DNA from: a virus
Taxonomy: Duplodnaviria; Caudoviricetes
Direction: 5' to 3' (one strand)
IMG/VR virus record: IMGVR_UViG_3300037307_000406
Coordinates: 1 to 25,827 of that record
Length of the DNA: 25,827 nt
In this document: in pieces, positions 6,513-15,624 of the stretch
Layout of the letters: each line of letters opens with the position of its first letter
Numbering within the stretch: position 1 is the first letter of the stretch
Program-made: the position numbers and the translations under genes
Notes under the pieces: generated by a model
Databases searched by the model: none
Told to the model about the DNA's origin: nothing
Seen by the model: only the letters and a program-made list of their open reading frames with translations

Positions 6513-8516
6513 ATGATCGACGACCTCCCCATTGGGCCGGGGACCGTGCCCACCAGCGAAGACGAGAACACAGCCAAGTATGAGCTGGACTTGCTGCGGT
6601 GGATTCAGGCTGCAGTACAAGACGGGGACGCGATTCTCAAGTCGGACCCCAGCTACGACGACATCGACAAGGCGGTAAGCTATGTAATGGGTGACCAGCT
6701 TGATCACCGCCGCCCTGCCGATCTCGCCTCTATTTCCGACAACCGCCTCAAGCACATTGTGCTGCAGACCGTCAGCGCACTCACTGATGTGCATCCCCTC
6801 TTCGGCTTCAAGACCAACAACGCGCGGTTCCAGTCGCAGGCTGAAGTCCTCGATAAGCTGGCTCGTGCGTGGTGGGTCAACAGCTTCGCCGATCTCAGGC
6901 TCGCGGACGTGATCAAGTACGCAACAGTGTGCGGCACGGGATATGCTGAAGTCACTTGGAACGCCAGCGCCGCTGGTGGGCAGGGGGATATCGAGATCAT
7001 CCCCCGTGATCCCAGAGATGTCCTCCCCATTCGCCCGACGCTGGAGTACAGCGTTCAAGGCTGGGAAGGCGTCATCATCAGAACCAGCAAGAGCGTGAAC
7101 GAACTGCGTGCCCGATTCCCGGAGAAAGCCCACCTGCTGCGTGCCGACCGCCATCCGATGAGCGCCTCTGACCGGATCTGGAAGCGCTTCAGGTCATTGA
7201 GCGCCAAGTTTGTCAGCCCAGCCGTAGACTACCTCACCCAGAGCCCCAAGGGCGCGATCCCCAAAGTCCCCTCAATCGATCTGTACCACATTTACATCAA
7301 GGATCGCAGGACGTTCACTGGGGCGGAGCCTATTTCCATGGGCGATCCCCAGACGACGTGGGGATATACAGTGTATCCGCTGGGCTACATCAAGCCTGAC
7401 GGCAAGCCTGCCACTGAAGACGACGCCAAGCTGTATCCCCGTGGGCGCCTCATCATCTCCACCAAGAGTGTTGTGCTGTACGACGGCCCCAACCCCTACT
7501 GGCATGGCATGGCCCCCGTGATCAAGCTCAGCCTCGATCCCTGGCCATGGTCGCTGCTTGGAGTGGGGCTCGCCAGAGACCTGATGCCGATCCAGGATGC
7601 GATCAACGAAGTCGCAAATGGGATTCTGGATCATGTTCGAAAGGCTCTTCGCCCCGGCGTCATTGGCGACAAGAAGGCGATGCCGGAAAGCATGTGGCAG
7701 AGACTGGACACCCGTCTCCCCGGCGTCAAGATGAAGACGAACGCCGCCATGGGCGGAGGCGTGGAACTCACCAAGGTTGATCCCCTCCCGCCGTACGTCT
7801 TCGATTTCTACCAAGCAATGCTGCAGGAGATGGACACGCTCAGTGGGGTGGCCAACCTCAATGCGTTGATGCAGCTCAACCAAGCTCCAGGTGCGGACTC
7901 AATCGAGAAGATGATGGAGGCCCTTACGCCGATCCTCAGATTGAGGGGCAGGCTGCTGGAAGGCTTTCTGCGTGAACTCGGTGAGATGGTGAAGGCCAAC
8001 TTCTTCCAGTTCTATAATCTCCCTCGCAGGGTTGCGCTGCTTGGCGAAGCCGGAATCGACTTCCAGGACTTCGACTTCGATCCCCTGAACCTCATCCCGA
8101 CGCTCGACCCCCGCGACCCCGGTTACGAAGCCCAGTGGGATCCCACCATGACGTCGAGGGCGGACCGCGCCAAGGCACATGTGAAGAACTTCACCTTCCA
8201 GATCACCCCCAACTCCCTGCTTGCCATTTCGCAGCTGAGCAGGAAGCTGACATATCTGCAGCTGTGGAGAGGTGGGATGATGGATCCCTGGACCCTCTTT
8301 GAAGTCCTTGAGATCCCGAACGGGGGTCAGCCGCCCCAGGAGGCGAAGACGATCACCGACCGACTGCTTGCTGCACAGATGATCGGACTCACGGGCAGTG
8401 TCAGCCCTGCGGGGCGTAAAGCAACTGGGCAGGAAGCGCCTAGTATGAAAGTGAAGAAGGACGAAAGTGGGGCGCCCCGGGTAACAGTCAGTGAGAGCGG
8501 GAGCGGAGGCGGCTAA
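6513..8516 (+). CDS. Portal protein
   Basis: 667 aa after TerL and before scaffold/capsid; portal-like segments (VCGTGYAEVTW, DPRDVLP, VLYDGPNPYWHG, GVGLARDLMPIQDAINE, EMDTLSGV). Confidence 0.88.
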   Translation: MIDDLPIGPGTVPTSEDENTAKYELDLLRWIQAAVQDGDAILKSDPSYDDIDKAVSYVMGDQLDHRRPADLASISDNRLKHIVLQTVSALTDVHPLFGFKTNNARFQSQAEVLDKLARAWWVNSFADLRLADVIKYATVCGTGYAEVTWNASAAGGQGDIEIIPRDPRDVLPIRPTLEYSVQGWEGVIIRTSKSVNELRARFPEKAHLLRADRHPMSASDRIWKRFRSLSAKFVSPAVDYLTQSPKGAIPKVPSIDLYHIYIKDRRTFTGAEPISMGDPQTTWGYTVYPLGYIKPDGKPATEDDAKLYPRGRLIISTKSVVLYDGPNPYWHGMAPVIKLSLDPWPWSLLGVGLARDLMPIQDAINEVANGILDHVRKALRPGVIGDKKAMPESMWQRLDTRLPGVKMKTNAAMGGGVELTKVDPLPPYVFDFYQAMLQEMDTLSGVANLNALMQLNQAPGADSIEKMMEALTPILRLRGRLLEGFLRELGEMVKANFFQFYNLPRRVALLGEAGIDFQDFDFDPLNLIPTLDPRDPGYEAQWDPTMTSRADRAKAHVKNFTFQITPNSLLAISQLSRKLTYLQLWRGGMMDPWTLFEVLEIPNGGQPPQEAKTITDRLLAAQMIGLTGSVSPAGRKATGQEAPSMKVKKDESGAPRVTVSESGSGGG

Positions 8517-8704
8517 TGGGACTCAGTGACCCCAAACATCCGGTATGGCCGATCATCAGGATGGCCGTAGTCATGGGAGGGATGGCGTTGATCCTGCACG
8601 AGACGGCCACCAACTTTGACTTTGGAGAGCTGTCGGCGGCAATGGGGGGAGGCATCCTCACCCTTGCCTTCGACATCGTGAAGAGGAATGTGACGACTGG
8701 ATAA
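8516..8704 (+). CDS. Small membrane protein
   Basis: 62 aa, TAATG overlap with portal, RBS GGAGG, two hydrophobic stretches. Confidence 0.6.
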   Translation: MGLSDPKHPVWPIIRMAVVMGGMALILHETATNFDFGELSAAMGGGILTLAFDIVKRNVTTG

Positions 8705-8734
8705 TTGACACTCGCACCCAACTCCCTCTACTGT
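8705..8734 (+). promoter_or_regulatory. Sigma70-type promoter upstream of head genes
   Basis: Perfect TTGACA (8705-8710), 18-bp spacer, TACTGT (8729-8734), in an intergenic gap followed by RBS GAGGTG. Confidence 0.55.
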
Positions 8735-8748
8735 TTGTGAGGTGACTC

Positions 8749-8931
8749 ATGCCGTACGCGTCCGACGCTCAACGCCGCTTTTTTCATTCTGCGGGGGCCG
8801 CAAAGGCAGGCATCACGGCTAAGGATGTTGCAGAGTGGGACAACGCTTCACGCGGTAAGAAGCTGCCCAAGCGGAAACGCAAGAGCCGCAAGCAGCAGCG
8901 CAGATTCGAACGCAGTTCACAAGGAAGGTAG
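8749..8931 (+). CDS. Small basic phage protein
   Basis: MPYASDAQRRFFH...EWDNASRGKKLPKRK resembles a recurrent phage MPxKSxAQRR-type motif; good RBS. Confidence 0.75.
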   Translation: MPYASDAQRRFFHSAGAAKAGITAKDVAEWDNASRGKKLPKRKRKSRKQQRRFERSSQGR

Positions 8932-8933
8932 CC

Positions 8934-9005
8934 ATGGCGAAGAAGGTCATTCGGACAGTGTTCTCGGACGCTATTTGTAAGTCGGTGGGCGGTGGAAAGA
9001 AGTAG
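8934..9005 (+). CDS. 23-aa microprotein MAKKVIRTVFSDAICKSVGGGKK
   Basis: RBS AGGAAGG; fills the gap between neighbouring genes; shares I-x-x-[VL]-F-x-D-A-[IV]-x-K-S-V with the N-terminus of ORF 14055-14273. Confidence 0.55.
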   Translation: MAKKVIRTVFSDAICKSVGGGKK

Positions 9006-9008
9006 AGT

Positions 9009-9323
9009 ATGCCCAAGGACTACGTATTTGGGGGGAAGCGCGACGAGATGGCCAAGGCCATTGACCGCGACCTTGCCATGAACACTGGTGGCCCCATTCG
9101 GCCTGTTCGTGAGTCCGATCTCGGCGACCGCACCGACATGGCTATTGCGCGAGGCGCACTTGGTGGCAGACACACTACTGGGAAGCTTCCCGAGAAACGC
9201 TTTGCCATCAACCGCCCCAAGGAAACCTACGAACAGGTTCCCCCAGATCGCAAGGTAAAGCGCTTTGAACGCCGCATTCGCCCCAGCGTTCGCAAGCCTC
9301 TTGAGCGGAAAGGTGGTAGGTAA
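9009..9323 (+). CDS. Hypothetical basic protein
   Basis: 104 aa ORF in the operon frame, abutting neighbours. Confidence 0.65.
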   Translation: MPKDYVFGGKRDEMAKAIDRDLAMNTGGPIRPVRESDLGDRTDMAIARGALGGRHTTGKLPEKRFAINRPKETYEQVPPDRKVKRFERRIRPSVRKPLERKGGR

Positions 9324-9325
9324 CC

Positions 9326-9688
9326 ATGCCCGTCCCTCCCGGCCTCGGCAATCTCCCAGCGGGCAACCCGCTCGACGGGCCTCCGCCCCTACCGCCTGCC
9401 GCACCCCCGGCGCAGCAGCAGCAGGGGCCGACGTACAAATCCCTGGCTCCCCAGCAGCCCGTTGCTCCCGGGATGAACCAGATCAACGAAAAAGCCATTC
9501 AGGTCGCCTACGAAATCGACATGGCCCTGAAGCTTCTTGCCCAGATGGTTCCGCAGCTCGGCCCCTGGGTCATGACCGTTCTCCCGGAGCTGCACATGCA
9601 ACTTGGTCAGGCGCTCGCAGTTGGCGCCCCGACCAGTCCTGAACCCCAGGACAATGCCGTTATGCCCGATGGGGGCGGCAATCTATAG
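9326..9688 (+). CDS. Pro/Gln-rich hypothetical head-region protein
   Basis: 120 aa; Pro-rich termini around a helical hairpin; between portal and scaffold. Confidence 0.7.
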   Translation: MPVPPGLGNLPAGNPLDGPPPLPPAAPPAQQQQGPTYKSLAPQQPVAPGMNQINEKAIQVAYEIDMALKLLAQMVPQLGPWVMTVLPELHMQLGQALAVGAPTSPEPQDNAVMPDGGGNL

Positions 9689-9762
9689 CTGCACACCCCT
9701 AGGCACCCCCACCTACTGGCCCCGATCAGGAGGTAGTTGGACGGTTGCTGGCAGGAGTCACA

Positions 9763-10503
9763 ATGGCGAAGAAGAATTCGTTCGAGGCATTTCTGGCCGA
9801 CGTGCTCTCACACGTTCCCGAAGATCGTCGTGGGGCAGTTGAGGAAGCCTTGGCAGGTGACGCACTCTCCGAACTGGAAAAAGGCTATCGCCGCCAGTCG
9901 GACTATTCGAGGGAAATGGACCGCATCCGCCAGCGGGAACAGGAACTTGATGCCACTCTTACTGAAGCCAATGAGCGCGTTGCTGGTTGGCAGGATTGGT
10001 ACAACACTGCGTCACAGGAGTATGAGGACATGAAAAGGCAAGTTGCAATGACCACGGCAGAAGATGAGCTTCCGCCCCAGCCCAAAGCCGGGATCACCAA
10101 GGAAGACTTGGCTGCAGAGCTTGCGGCCCGAGACCGCATGGCCATTGCCTTTGCCGATGTCCTCACGGACATCAAGATCGAGCACAAGGAACGCTTCCAC
10201 GAGAAGCTGGATACGCAGAAGCTCACCGACTTCGCCCTCAAGCGGGGACTCCCCATTGATGCGGCGTACCGTGAGTTCATCGCTCCGAAGGAGGAGGAAC
10301 TGCGGAGTGCGGAACTTGAAAAGCGCATCGCCGCCGCCCGCGAAGAGGGTGCCCGTGAATACGCCACCAAGCACCGTCTCCCAGTTGTCTCTGGCCCTAT
10401 CGAGCAGCATCCACTCGACCTTGTCCAGTCCACCAAGACCAACCCCAGCGAGCGGGTTGCTGCGGCAATCTCAAGCTGGAACTCAGCTCAACACACTCCG
10501 TAA
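9763..10503 (+). CDS. Capsid scaffolding protein
   Basis: ATG 9763 after CAGGAG; acidic coiled-coil protein with GYRRQSDYSREM motif, immediately upstream of the major capsid gene. Confidence 0.82.
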   Translation: MAKKNSFEAFLADVLSHVPEDRRGAVEEALAGDALSELEKGYRRQSDYSREMDRIRQREQELDATLTEANERVAGWQDWYNTASQEYEDMKRQVAMTTAEDELPPQPKAGITKEDLAAELAARDRMAIAFADVLTDIKIEHKERFHEKLDTQKLTDFALKRGLPIDAAYREFIAPKEEELRSAELEKRIAAAREEGAREYATKHRLPVVSGPIEQHPLDLVQSTKTNPSERVAAAISSWNSAQHTP

Positions 10504-10515
10504 CGGAGGAATCTC

Positions 10516-10583
10516 ATGGCTTGGCTTGATGAATTGAATACCTCAACCAAGGTCCACATCGTTCCCGGTGTGGTGGATCAGGT
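10516..10583 (+). CDS. Major capsid protein, exon 1
   Basis: RBS GGAGGA; MAWLDELNTSTKVHIVPGVVDQ(V); ends at the U of the P1 U-G wobble. Confidence 0.85.
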
Positions 10584-11281
10584 AAAATGAATGCCTGAGT
10601 AAAACATCGCTATATGCTGGAAACTCCTAAAGCATTGGCGGCTGACAAGGAAACACTGCCAATGATTACGACAATGGACAATCAGCAGGAAAGACTGGTT
10701 CAAGCTGCACGCTTGGCAATGTTAATCGACACGGATGGCTTTGTCACCATGCGGGTCGTGCGAAGGAAACGGGATCGTATGCAGAACCTCTCGCCGGATG
10801 TGGGCATTACGAATACCAATAAAGACCTGATTGAGTGGGCTTCGTCCACACTGCAGTTTCTTGGTATTCCTGCCTATGTGCGGTGGACTGTTCCACATGG
10901 GATCGGCAAACTCCCGCAAGGGCGGGTAACCGTGCTTGGTATGAAGCGGGTAGAAAAACTTCTCCCTGTGATTACCCCGTGGCTTATTGCCAAGAAGTCG
11001 CAGGCCACCAAGTTGGCGGAGTTTATTACGCTTCGCCTTGCCGCACCGCATAAAGCCGCTTACTCTGCTAAAGAGCTTGAGTTGGCTAATGAGGCGCGGG
11101 GCCTGAACACAAAAGGCCGAGGTTGGCGTCCAGTATCCTCAACGACTACACGCGATGCCGCTGTTGAAATGCGAGAGCACTTGACAGCGTGAAGATATAG
11201 TCTGGACTGCAGCGAAAGCTGCAGAGGTGGCAGAAATGACCACCCGCCAGCGTAGAGGCTGGTTTACAAGTAACAGAATTG
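10584..11281 (+). ncRNA. Group I self-splicing intron (698 nt) in the major capsid gene
   Basis: P1: exon TCAGGT with IGS GCCTGA (10593-10598). P10: TGAAT (10588-10592) with exon-2 GTTCA. P3: CATCGC (10605-10610) with GCGATG (11152-11157). Core motifs ATGCTGGAAA, AATCAGCAGG, TCAACGACTA (11139-11148), AAGATATAGTC (11192-11202). P9 CTGCAGC-GAAA-GCTGCAG; terminal G at 11281. Removal restores the frame. Confidence 0.93.
10662..11192 (+). CDS. Intron-encoded LAGLIDADG homing endonuclease (single motif)
   Basis: LAMLIDTDG motif, VGITNTN, ITPWLIAKKSQA. Start probably ATG 10662 or 10674 (ORF track start 10614); ORF overlaps intron core elements. Confidence 0.9.
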   Translation: MITTMDNQQERLVQAARLAMLIDTDGFVTMRVVRRKRDRMQNLSPDVGITNTNKDLIEWASSTLQFLGIPAYVRWTVPHGIGKLPQGRVTVLGMKRVEKLLPVITPWLIAKKSQATKLAEFITLRLAAPHKAAYSAKELELANEARGLNTKGRGWRPVSSTTTRDAAVEMREHLTA

Positions 11282-12242
11282 GTTCAAGAACGATCCTCTT
11301 CTCGCCTACCTGCGCGGCAACAATATTGAGCGCTTCACAGGTGGCACGAAGATTCAGGAAAACTTTACGTACGCGATGCTGAACGGCGGATCGTACGCGC
11401 TTGGTGATACGTTTGACATCACCACTCGGCAGACCGACACGGGCGGGGAGTTCTCTCCGAAGCACTATGCGGTCTCCGTCTCTCTGTACAAGGAAGTCAT
11501 CCAGATCTTCAACAAGGGTCCGGAGGCAGTCTTCCGTATTGTGGACTCCAAGATGCAGAACGCCGCTCTCACGATGTCGGCCATTCTCGCTGTGGATCTC
11601 TACAACGGAGGTCAGGGCACTCGCGTGCTCAAGATGAACGGCCTTGCAGAAGCGCTGGCTGACAACTCGGTTGCGGCATGGGATGGGACCACGTACACCA
11701 CCTACGGCGGCGTGACCCGTGGCGGCACGGTCGGCTCGGCCCTCAACTCGCCGATGACCTTGCCCGCCGCCAGCATCGCTGGCCCGATTACCTACAAGAT
11801 CCTGGAAGAGTCCTATAACAGCGTCGTCATCGGCGCTGAGCACCCGGACCTCATCGTCACCACCAACCTGGGCCTCTCCTACATCAAGCAGAAGTTCCAG
11901 CCGCAGTGGCGCGTTGAGACGCAGGATCCCAAGACCGGCTTCAACAGCATAGTCTTCAACGCGGCCCGTGTCATGCAGTCTCAGTACTGCCCGGGCACGA
12001 AGGGCTCGGCTTCTGATGGCTCGCTCTCAAGCTACTATGCCTCGGCTGGCGAGACCCTCTGGCTGCTCAACACCAAGTACATCCGCTTCTGGGTGACGGA
12101 CGATCCGGAGTTCGGCTTTGGCTTCTCTGGCTTCAAGCCCGCGCAGGACAACACGATGGTTGCTGGACAGTACTTCTTCACCGGCAATCTCACCGTGCAG
12201 GCTCCTCGCCTGATGCGGCATCACTATGCCATCACGGGTTGA
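11282..12242 (+). CDS. Major capsid protein, exon 2 (spliced product 342 aa)
   Basis: Spliced reading ...VVDQ-V-FKNDPLLAYL...GGTKIQE; capsid-like MNGLAEAL, PDLIVTT, GFNSIVFN, LWLLNTKY, GNLTVQAPR; follows the scaffold gene. Confidence 0.9.
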
Positions 12243-12268
12243 TAGCTAAATAGGAAAGGAGAACCAAT

Positions 12269-12778
12269 ATGGCTTCCGGACGTTTCTTCCCGGTGCAGGT
12301 CATGCACCTTGGACCGGCTGGCACCTTTGCTTCGTTCAATGAGGCCACCCTCCCGCTCGGCACGGCTGGGCAGGTTGGGATGGTCATCCAGGACGCGGAC
12401 AAGTGCTACCGGCTCGTCAAGTTCGACAACGGCACCGCCAACGTGGCGTCGGCCGCGAACGGCGCCGCTCACTGGAAGGACCGCAGCACCTTTACCGTGA
12501 CTTCGGATCAGACCGATGCAGAGTCTACGATCAACGGTGTGGCGGGAATCTTCCTTGGTGTTCTCACTGACAGCTATTATGGCTTCATCCAGATCGGCGG
12601 GCTCTGCTCGTTCACGACTGGGGGCAGTGTGACCAAGGGCGATCTGTGCATCGGCACAACCACAGATCTCACGCTTGCCACGCAGGCTGCGGTCAATACG
12701 CTGCCTGTCGTTGTGGCCAACGCCGATGATGTGAGCACGACTGGTACGGGTTACCTCATCCTCGGCAACCTGCTCTGA
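12269..12778 (+). CDS. Putative capsid decoration/cement protein
   Basis: 169 aa beta-rich protein directly after the capsid gene; YRLVKF, YYGFIQIGG; RBS GGAGA. Confidence 0.65.
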   Translation: MASGRFFPVQVMHLGPAGTFASFNEATLPLGTAGQVGMVIQDADKCYRLVKFDNGTANVASAANGAAHWKDRSTFTVTSDQTDAESTINGVAGIFLGVLTDSYYGFIQIGGLCSFTTGGSVTKGDLCIGTTTDLTLATQAAVNTLPVVVANADDVSTTGTGYLILGNLL

Positions 12779-12787
12779 GGAGGCTAC

Positions 12788-13111
12788 ATGGCTGCAGCAG
12801 TAACTCTCTCTGGTGACTGGTTGCACAGCATTGGGGATCTCCGGCTCGTGACGGGAACAGTTGCGTTTGACAGCTCGTACCCCACCGGGGGCGAGAGCAT
12901 CACCGCCGCGAAGTTTGGCCTGGGGAAGATCGACTTCCTCATTGCAACGGCGCTCAGCGGGTACGTGTTTTTCTGGGATGGTACTAACAGCAAGTTGATG
13001 GCGTACTATGCCGATAACAACGCAGCTGGTGACAGCGCACTGATTCAGGTGCCTGATACCACGGACCTTTCAGCATTGACGGCAATTCCGGTTCTCGCTA
13101 TCGGTCGGTAG
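12788..13111 (+). CDS. Putative virion structural protein
   Basis: 107 aa; FDSSYPTGGESITA motif typical of small head-associated proteins; RBS GAGGAGG. Confidence 0.65.
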   Translation: MAAAVTLSGDWLHSIGDLRLVTGTVAFDSSYPTGGESITAAKFGLGKIDFLIATALSGYVFFWDGTNSKLMAYYADNNAAGDSALIQVPDTTDLSALTAIPVLAIGR

Positions 13112-13118
13112 AGGCCAC

Positions 13119-14042
13119 ATGGCTGACAGTTTCGAATCAATGTATCGGGGACTGCTCATGCACGTCCCCGATCTGCCTCCGTTCCTGGCGCAGCAGTTCA
13201 TTCGTAACCGCTATCGCCTTGTCTGTGAACGTCGCCCGTGGAGCGGCTTGCGTGCAGAATCGGAGTTTCTCACAAACACATCTAAGAGCGCAGGGACTGT
13301 GGCGGTGACGAGGAACAGCAGTACTGTCACCGGCACCTCCACAGCCTTTGCGTCAACTGATCTGGGGCGTCAGTTCATGGTCGGGGGCCGCGCTCCCCTT
13401 TACACCATTGAAGAAGTTGACGTAACCACTCAAACCCTAACTCTGGATCGAGTCTTCGGTGGGGATACGAATGCATCAGCCCAGTATGTGGTGCTTGATG
13501 CCTACGTGACCGTCCCCTCCGATTTTCAGTACTTCGACGTCGTTTACGACCCTGCCCAGAACTGGCGCCTCAGGCACTGGGTGACCCAACAGGAACTTGC
13601 CCGCCTCGACCCCGCCCGCTCCACCACCGGCACTCCGTGGGCGCTCGTGGATCGCAGCTATAGCAGCCTGCAGGGTCTTCCATCGTACGAGCTGTGGCCG
13701 TATACACTCACAGCCCGTAACTACCCTTTCTACTACATCAAACGCCCCGCAGATTTGGTCAATGACGACGATACCCCTATCTACCCAATCCGTGGGGACA
13801 TTCTTGTTTCAGGTGCGCTTGCAGACTGTGCCCGCTGGCCGGGAACGCCGGAGCGCCCCAACGTCATGTTCTCCAAAGCCATCGAGCTGTCCAGAGAGTA
13901 TGAAAAGATTTTTGAGGATAAGCTCGTGGACATGGAACGACAGGACGAGAGCACGTACATGACGTGGCTCGCGGACGCTGACTGGTCAAGTTGGCCCTAC
14001 GCTCCCGTGGACGCCGCGTTCCTGCAACGACACGCATGGTAA
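13119..14042 (+). CDS. Putative head-tail adaptor with inserted beta domain
   Basis: Helical termini, RRPWS and VPSDF, ELWP motifs, internal GTVAVTRNSSTVTGTSTAF beta insert; position after capsid accessories. Confidence 0.6.
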   Translation: MADSFESMYRGLLMHVPDLPPFLAQQFIRNRYRLVCERRPWSGLRAESEFLTNTSKSAGTVAVTRNSSTVTGTSTAFASTDLGRQFMVGGRAPLYTIEEVDVTTQTLTLDRVFGGDTNASAQYVVLDAYVTVPSDFQYFDVVYDPAQNWRLRHWVTQQELARLDPARSTTGTPWALVDRSYSSLQGLPSYELWPYTLTARNYPFYYIKRPADLVNDDDTPIYPIRGDILVSGALADCARWPGTPERPNVMFSKAIELSREYEKIFEDKLVDMERQDESTYMTWLADADWSSWPYAPVDAAFLQRHAW

Positions 14043-14054
14043 GGAGTTAAGCAA

Positions 14055-14273
14055 ATGGCCGCACCGATTAAGCATCTCTTCAAGGACGCGGTTCAGAAGT
14101 CAGTTCCCATGAAGGGGTCGGGGAGATACGAGGGGGCTGAGCAGCTTCCAGAAGGTCTTCCGGGCCGCAGTGGTGGAATGATTCCTGAAAAGTCCTACGA
14201 CGATATCGCGGGGAAAGTGAAGCCGGGGCGCAATCCCGGTGAGAGCATGTGGCTGCTTAAGGGCCGCAAGTAG
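14055..14273 (+). CDS. Hypothetical small basic protein
   Basis: 72 aa; RBS AAGGAG. Confidence 0.7.
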   Translation: MAAPIKHLFKDAVQKSVPMKGSGRYEGAEQLPEGLPGRSGGMIPEKSYDDIAGKVKPGRNPGESMWLLKGRK

Positions 14274-14281
14274 GAGGAGGC

Positions 14282-14746
14282 ATGGCCTTCAGCTATAAAG
14301 TTGCCACCGACAAGGACTCGCACTTCACTGGAGCCATTGCCCAGAACGCCAGTGAGGAAGAGAATATTGTTCTTCCCGCTGCCTTGGCTGGTGTGAATGG
14401 TGATGCGCGAGGCACCATTCGTGCCATTGCCGTGCTCAGCGATCAGGCCCTTGACTGGCAGCTTGTGTTCTGCAGCAAGGACGTTTTCACCGACGCAGAT
14501 CTTGACGTTGACAGCTGTATCGTCACCTATGCCTTTACAGCGTCCGCTGATGCTCTGCAGATAGGGGGGTCGGGTCCGTACCATTACTTCAAGGACGGCC
14601 TGGCGCTTCCCTACGTTGACGAAGACTACTCGGGCGAGCTGCATGTTGCCCTTGTCAATCGCAGTGTTACTGGAAAGAACGCGGGGGCTACTGGTGAAGT
14701 TGTCGTGAAGATCTTCATTGAACCTTCTGACAATACCAATATATGA
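14282..14746 (+). CDS. Putative structural beta-sandwich protein
   Basis: 154 aa; RBS GGAGGAGG; acidic and beta-rich. Confidence 0.65.
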   Translation: MAFSYKVATDKDSHFTGAIAQNASEEENIVLPAALAGVNGDARGTIRAIAVLSDQALDWQLVFCSKDVFTDADLDVDSCIVTYAFTASADALQIGGSGPYHYFKDGLALPYVDEDYSGELHVALVNRSVTGKNAGATGEVVVKIFIEPSDNTNI

Positions 14747-15624
14747 TCCCCAATCGGCTCTCTGTTATCATTCCAGCCAGGAATGAGGAGTTCCTCCGCC
14801 CAACAGTGGAGGATCTCTTCAAACAGGCGGCTGGGGATATTGAGGTCATCGCCGTCCTGGATGGCTGGTGGGATGAGCCCCAACTCCCGGACGACAAACG
14901 GCTCCACATTCTTCATTGGGGAGCCTCCAAGGGCATGCGGCCCTCGATCAATGCCGGTGTTCAGATGAGCACCGGCCAATTTGTCATGAAACTGGATGGG
15001 CACTGCGCCGTTGCCCCCGGCTTCGACGAAGCGCTCAAGAAGGAGTGTGGGGAGCAGGAGATCGTTGTTCCTACCAAGTACTCGTTGGAGCCTACCGACT
15101 GGAGCCGCCGCCCCAAAGAGCCGTGGAACTACTTCTGGATGATCTGGCCCTGGGATCCAGCCATCCCCAACTCCGGCCTCATTGCCCGAAACTACGGCAA
15201 GGGGATGAACAAGAAGCGGGCGCACCTCCAGGTGGATGATCTCCTCACGTTCCAGGGATCGCTGTGGTGCATGCGCCGCTCACACTTTGACCGTATCGGT
15301 CCGATGGACGGAGACAACTACTATTTCATTCACGAGGGCGCGGAGCTGGGACTGAAGACGTGGCTCGGTGGGGGACGGGTCAAGATCGTCAAAGACACAT
15401 GGTACGCCCACCTCTTCAAAGGTGAGATGTACAAACGTGCCTTCCCCAAGGACAAGTCGCGGTGGGATGCCGCCATGAACTACGCCGTCTGGTACTGGAT
15501 GACCAACCAGTGGAAGGGCCGGGTTCACGATTTCTCTTGGATCATCAACAAGTTTGGTCTGCAGCCCGGGTGGCCGGAAAACTGGCAGCAGGAAGCAGAA
15601 ATGAGGTTGCATGGACACGCTTAA
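14743..15624 (+). CDS. GT-A glycosyltransferase (GT2/GT27-like, DxH motif)
   Basis: LSVIIPARNEEFL, MKLDGHC, ELGLKTWLGGG...WYAHLFK; ATGA overlap with the upstream structural gene. Confidence 0.9.
   Translation: MIPNRLSVIIPARNEEFLRPTVEDLFKQAAGDIEVIAVLDGWWDEPQLPDDKRLHILHWGASKGMRPSINAGVQMSTGQFVMKLDGHCAVAPGFDEALKKECGEQEIVVPTKYSLEPTDWSRRPKEPWNYFWMIWPWDPAIPNSGLIARNYGKGMNKKRAHLQVDDLLTFQGSLWCMRRSHFDRIGPMDGDNYYFIHEGAELGLKTWLGGGRVKIVKDTWYAHLFKGEMYKRAFPKDKSRWDAAMNYAVWYWMTNQWKGRVHDFSWIINKFGLQPGWPENWQQEAEMRLHGHA

Noticed and set aside
10614-11192. Intein in the capsid protein
   Set aside because: The endonuclease ORF has its own stop, lacks Cys/Ser start and His-Asn end motifs, and sits within group I RNA core elements.
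11376-12242. Capsid protein starting at ATG 11376 (288 aa)
   Set aside because: The frame stays open back to the intron 3' splice site and joins exon 1, which has a strong RBS.
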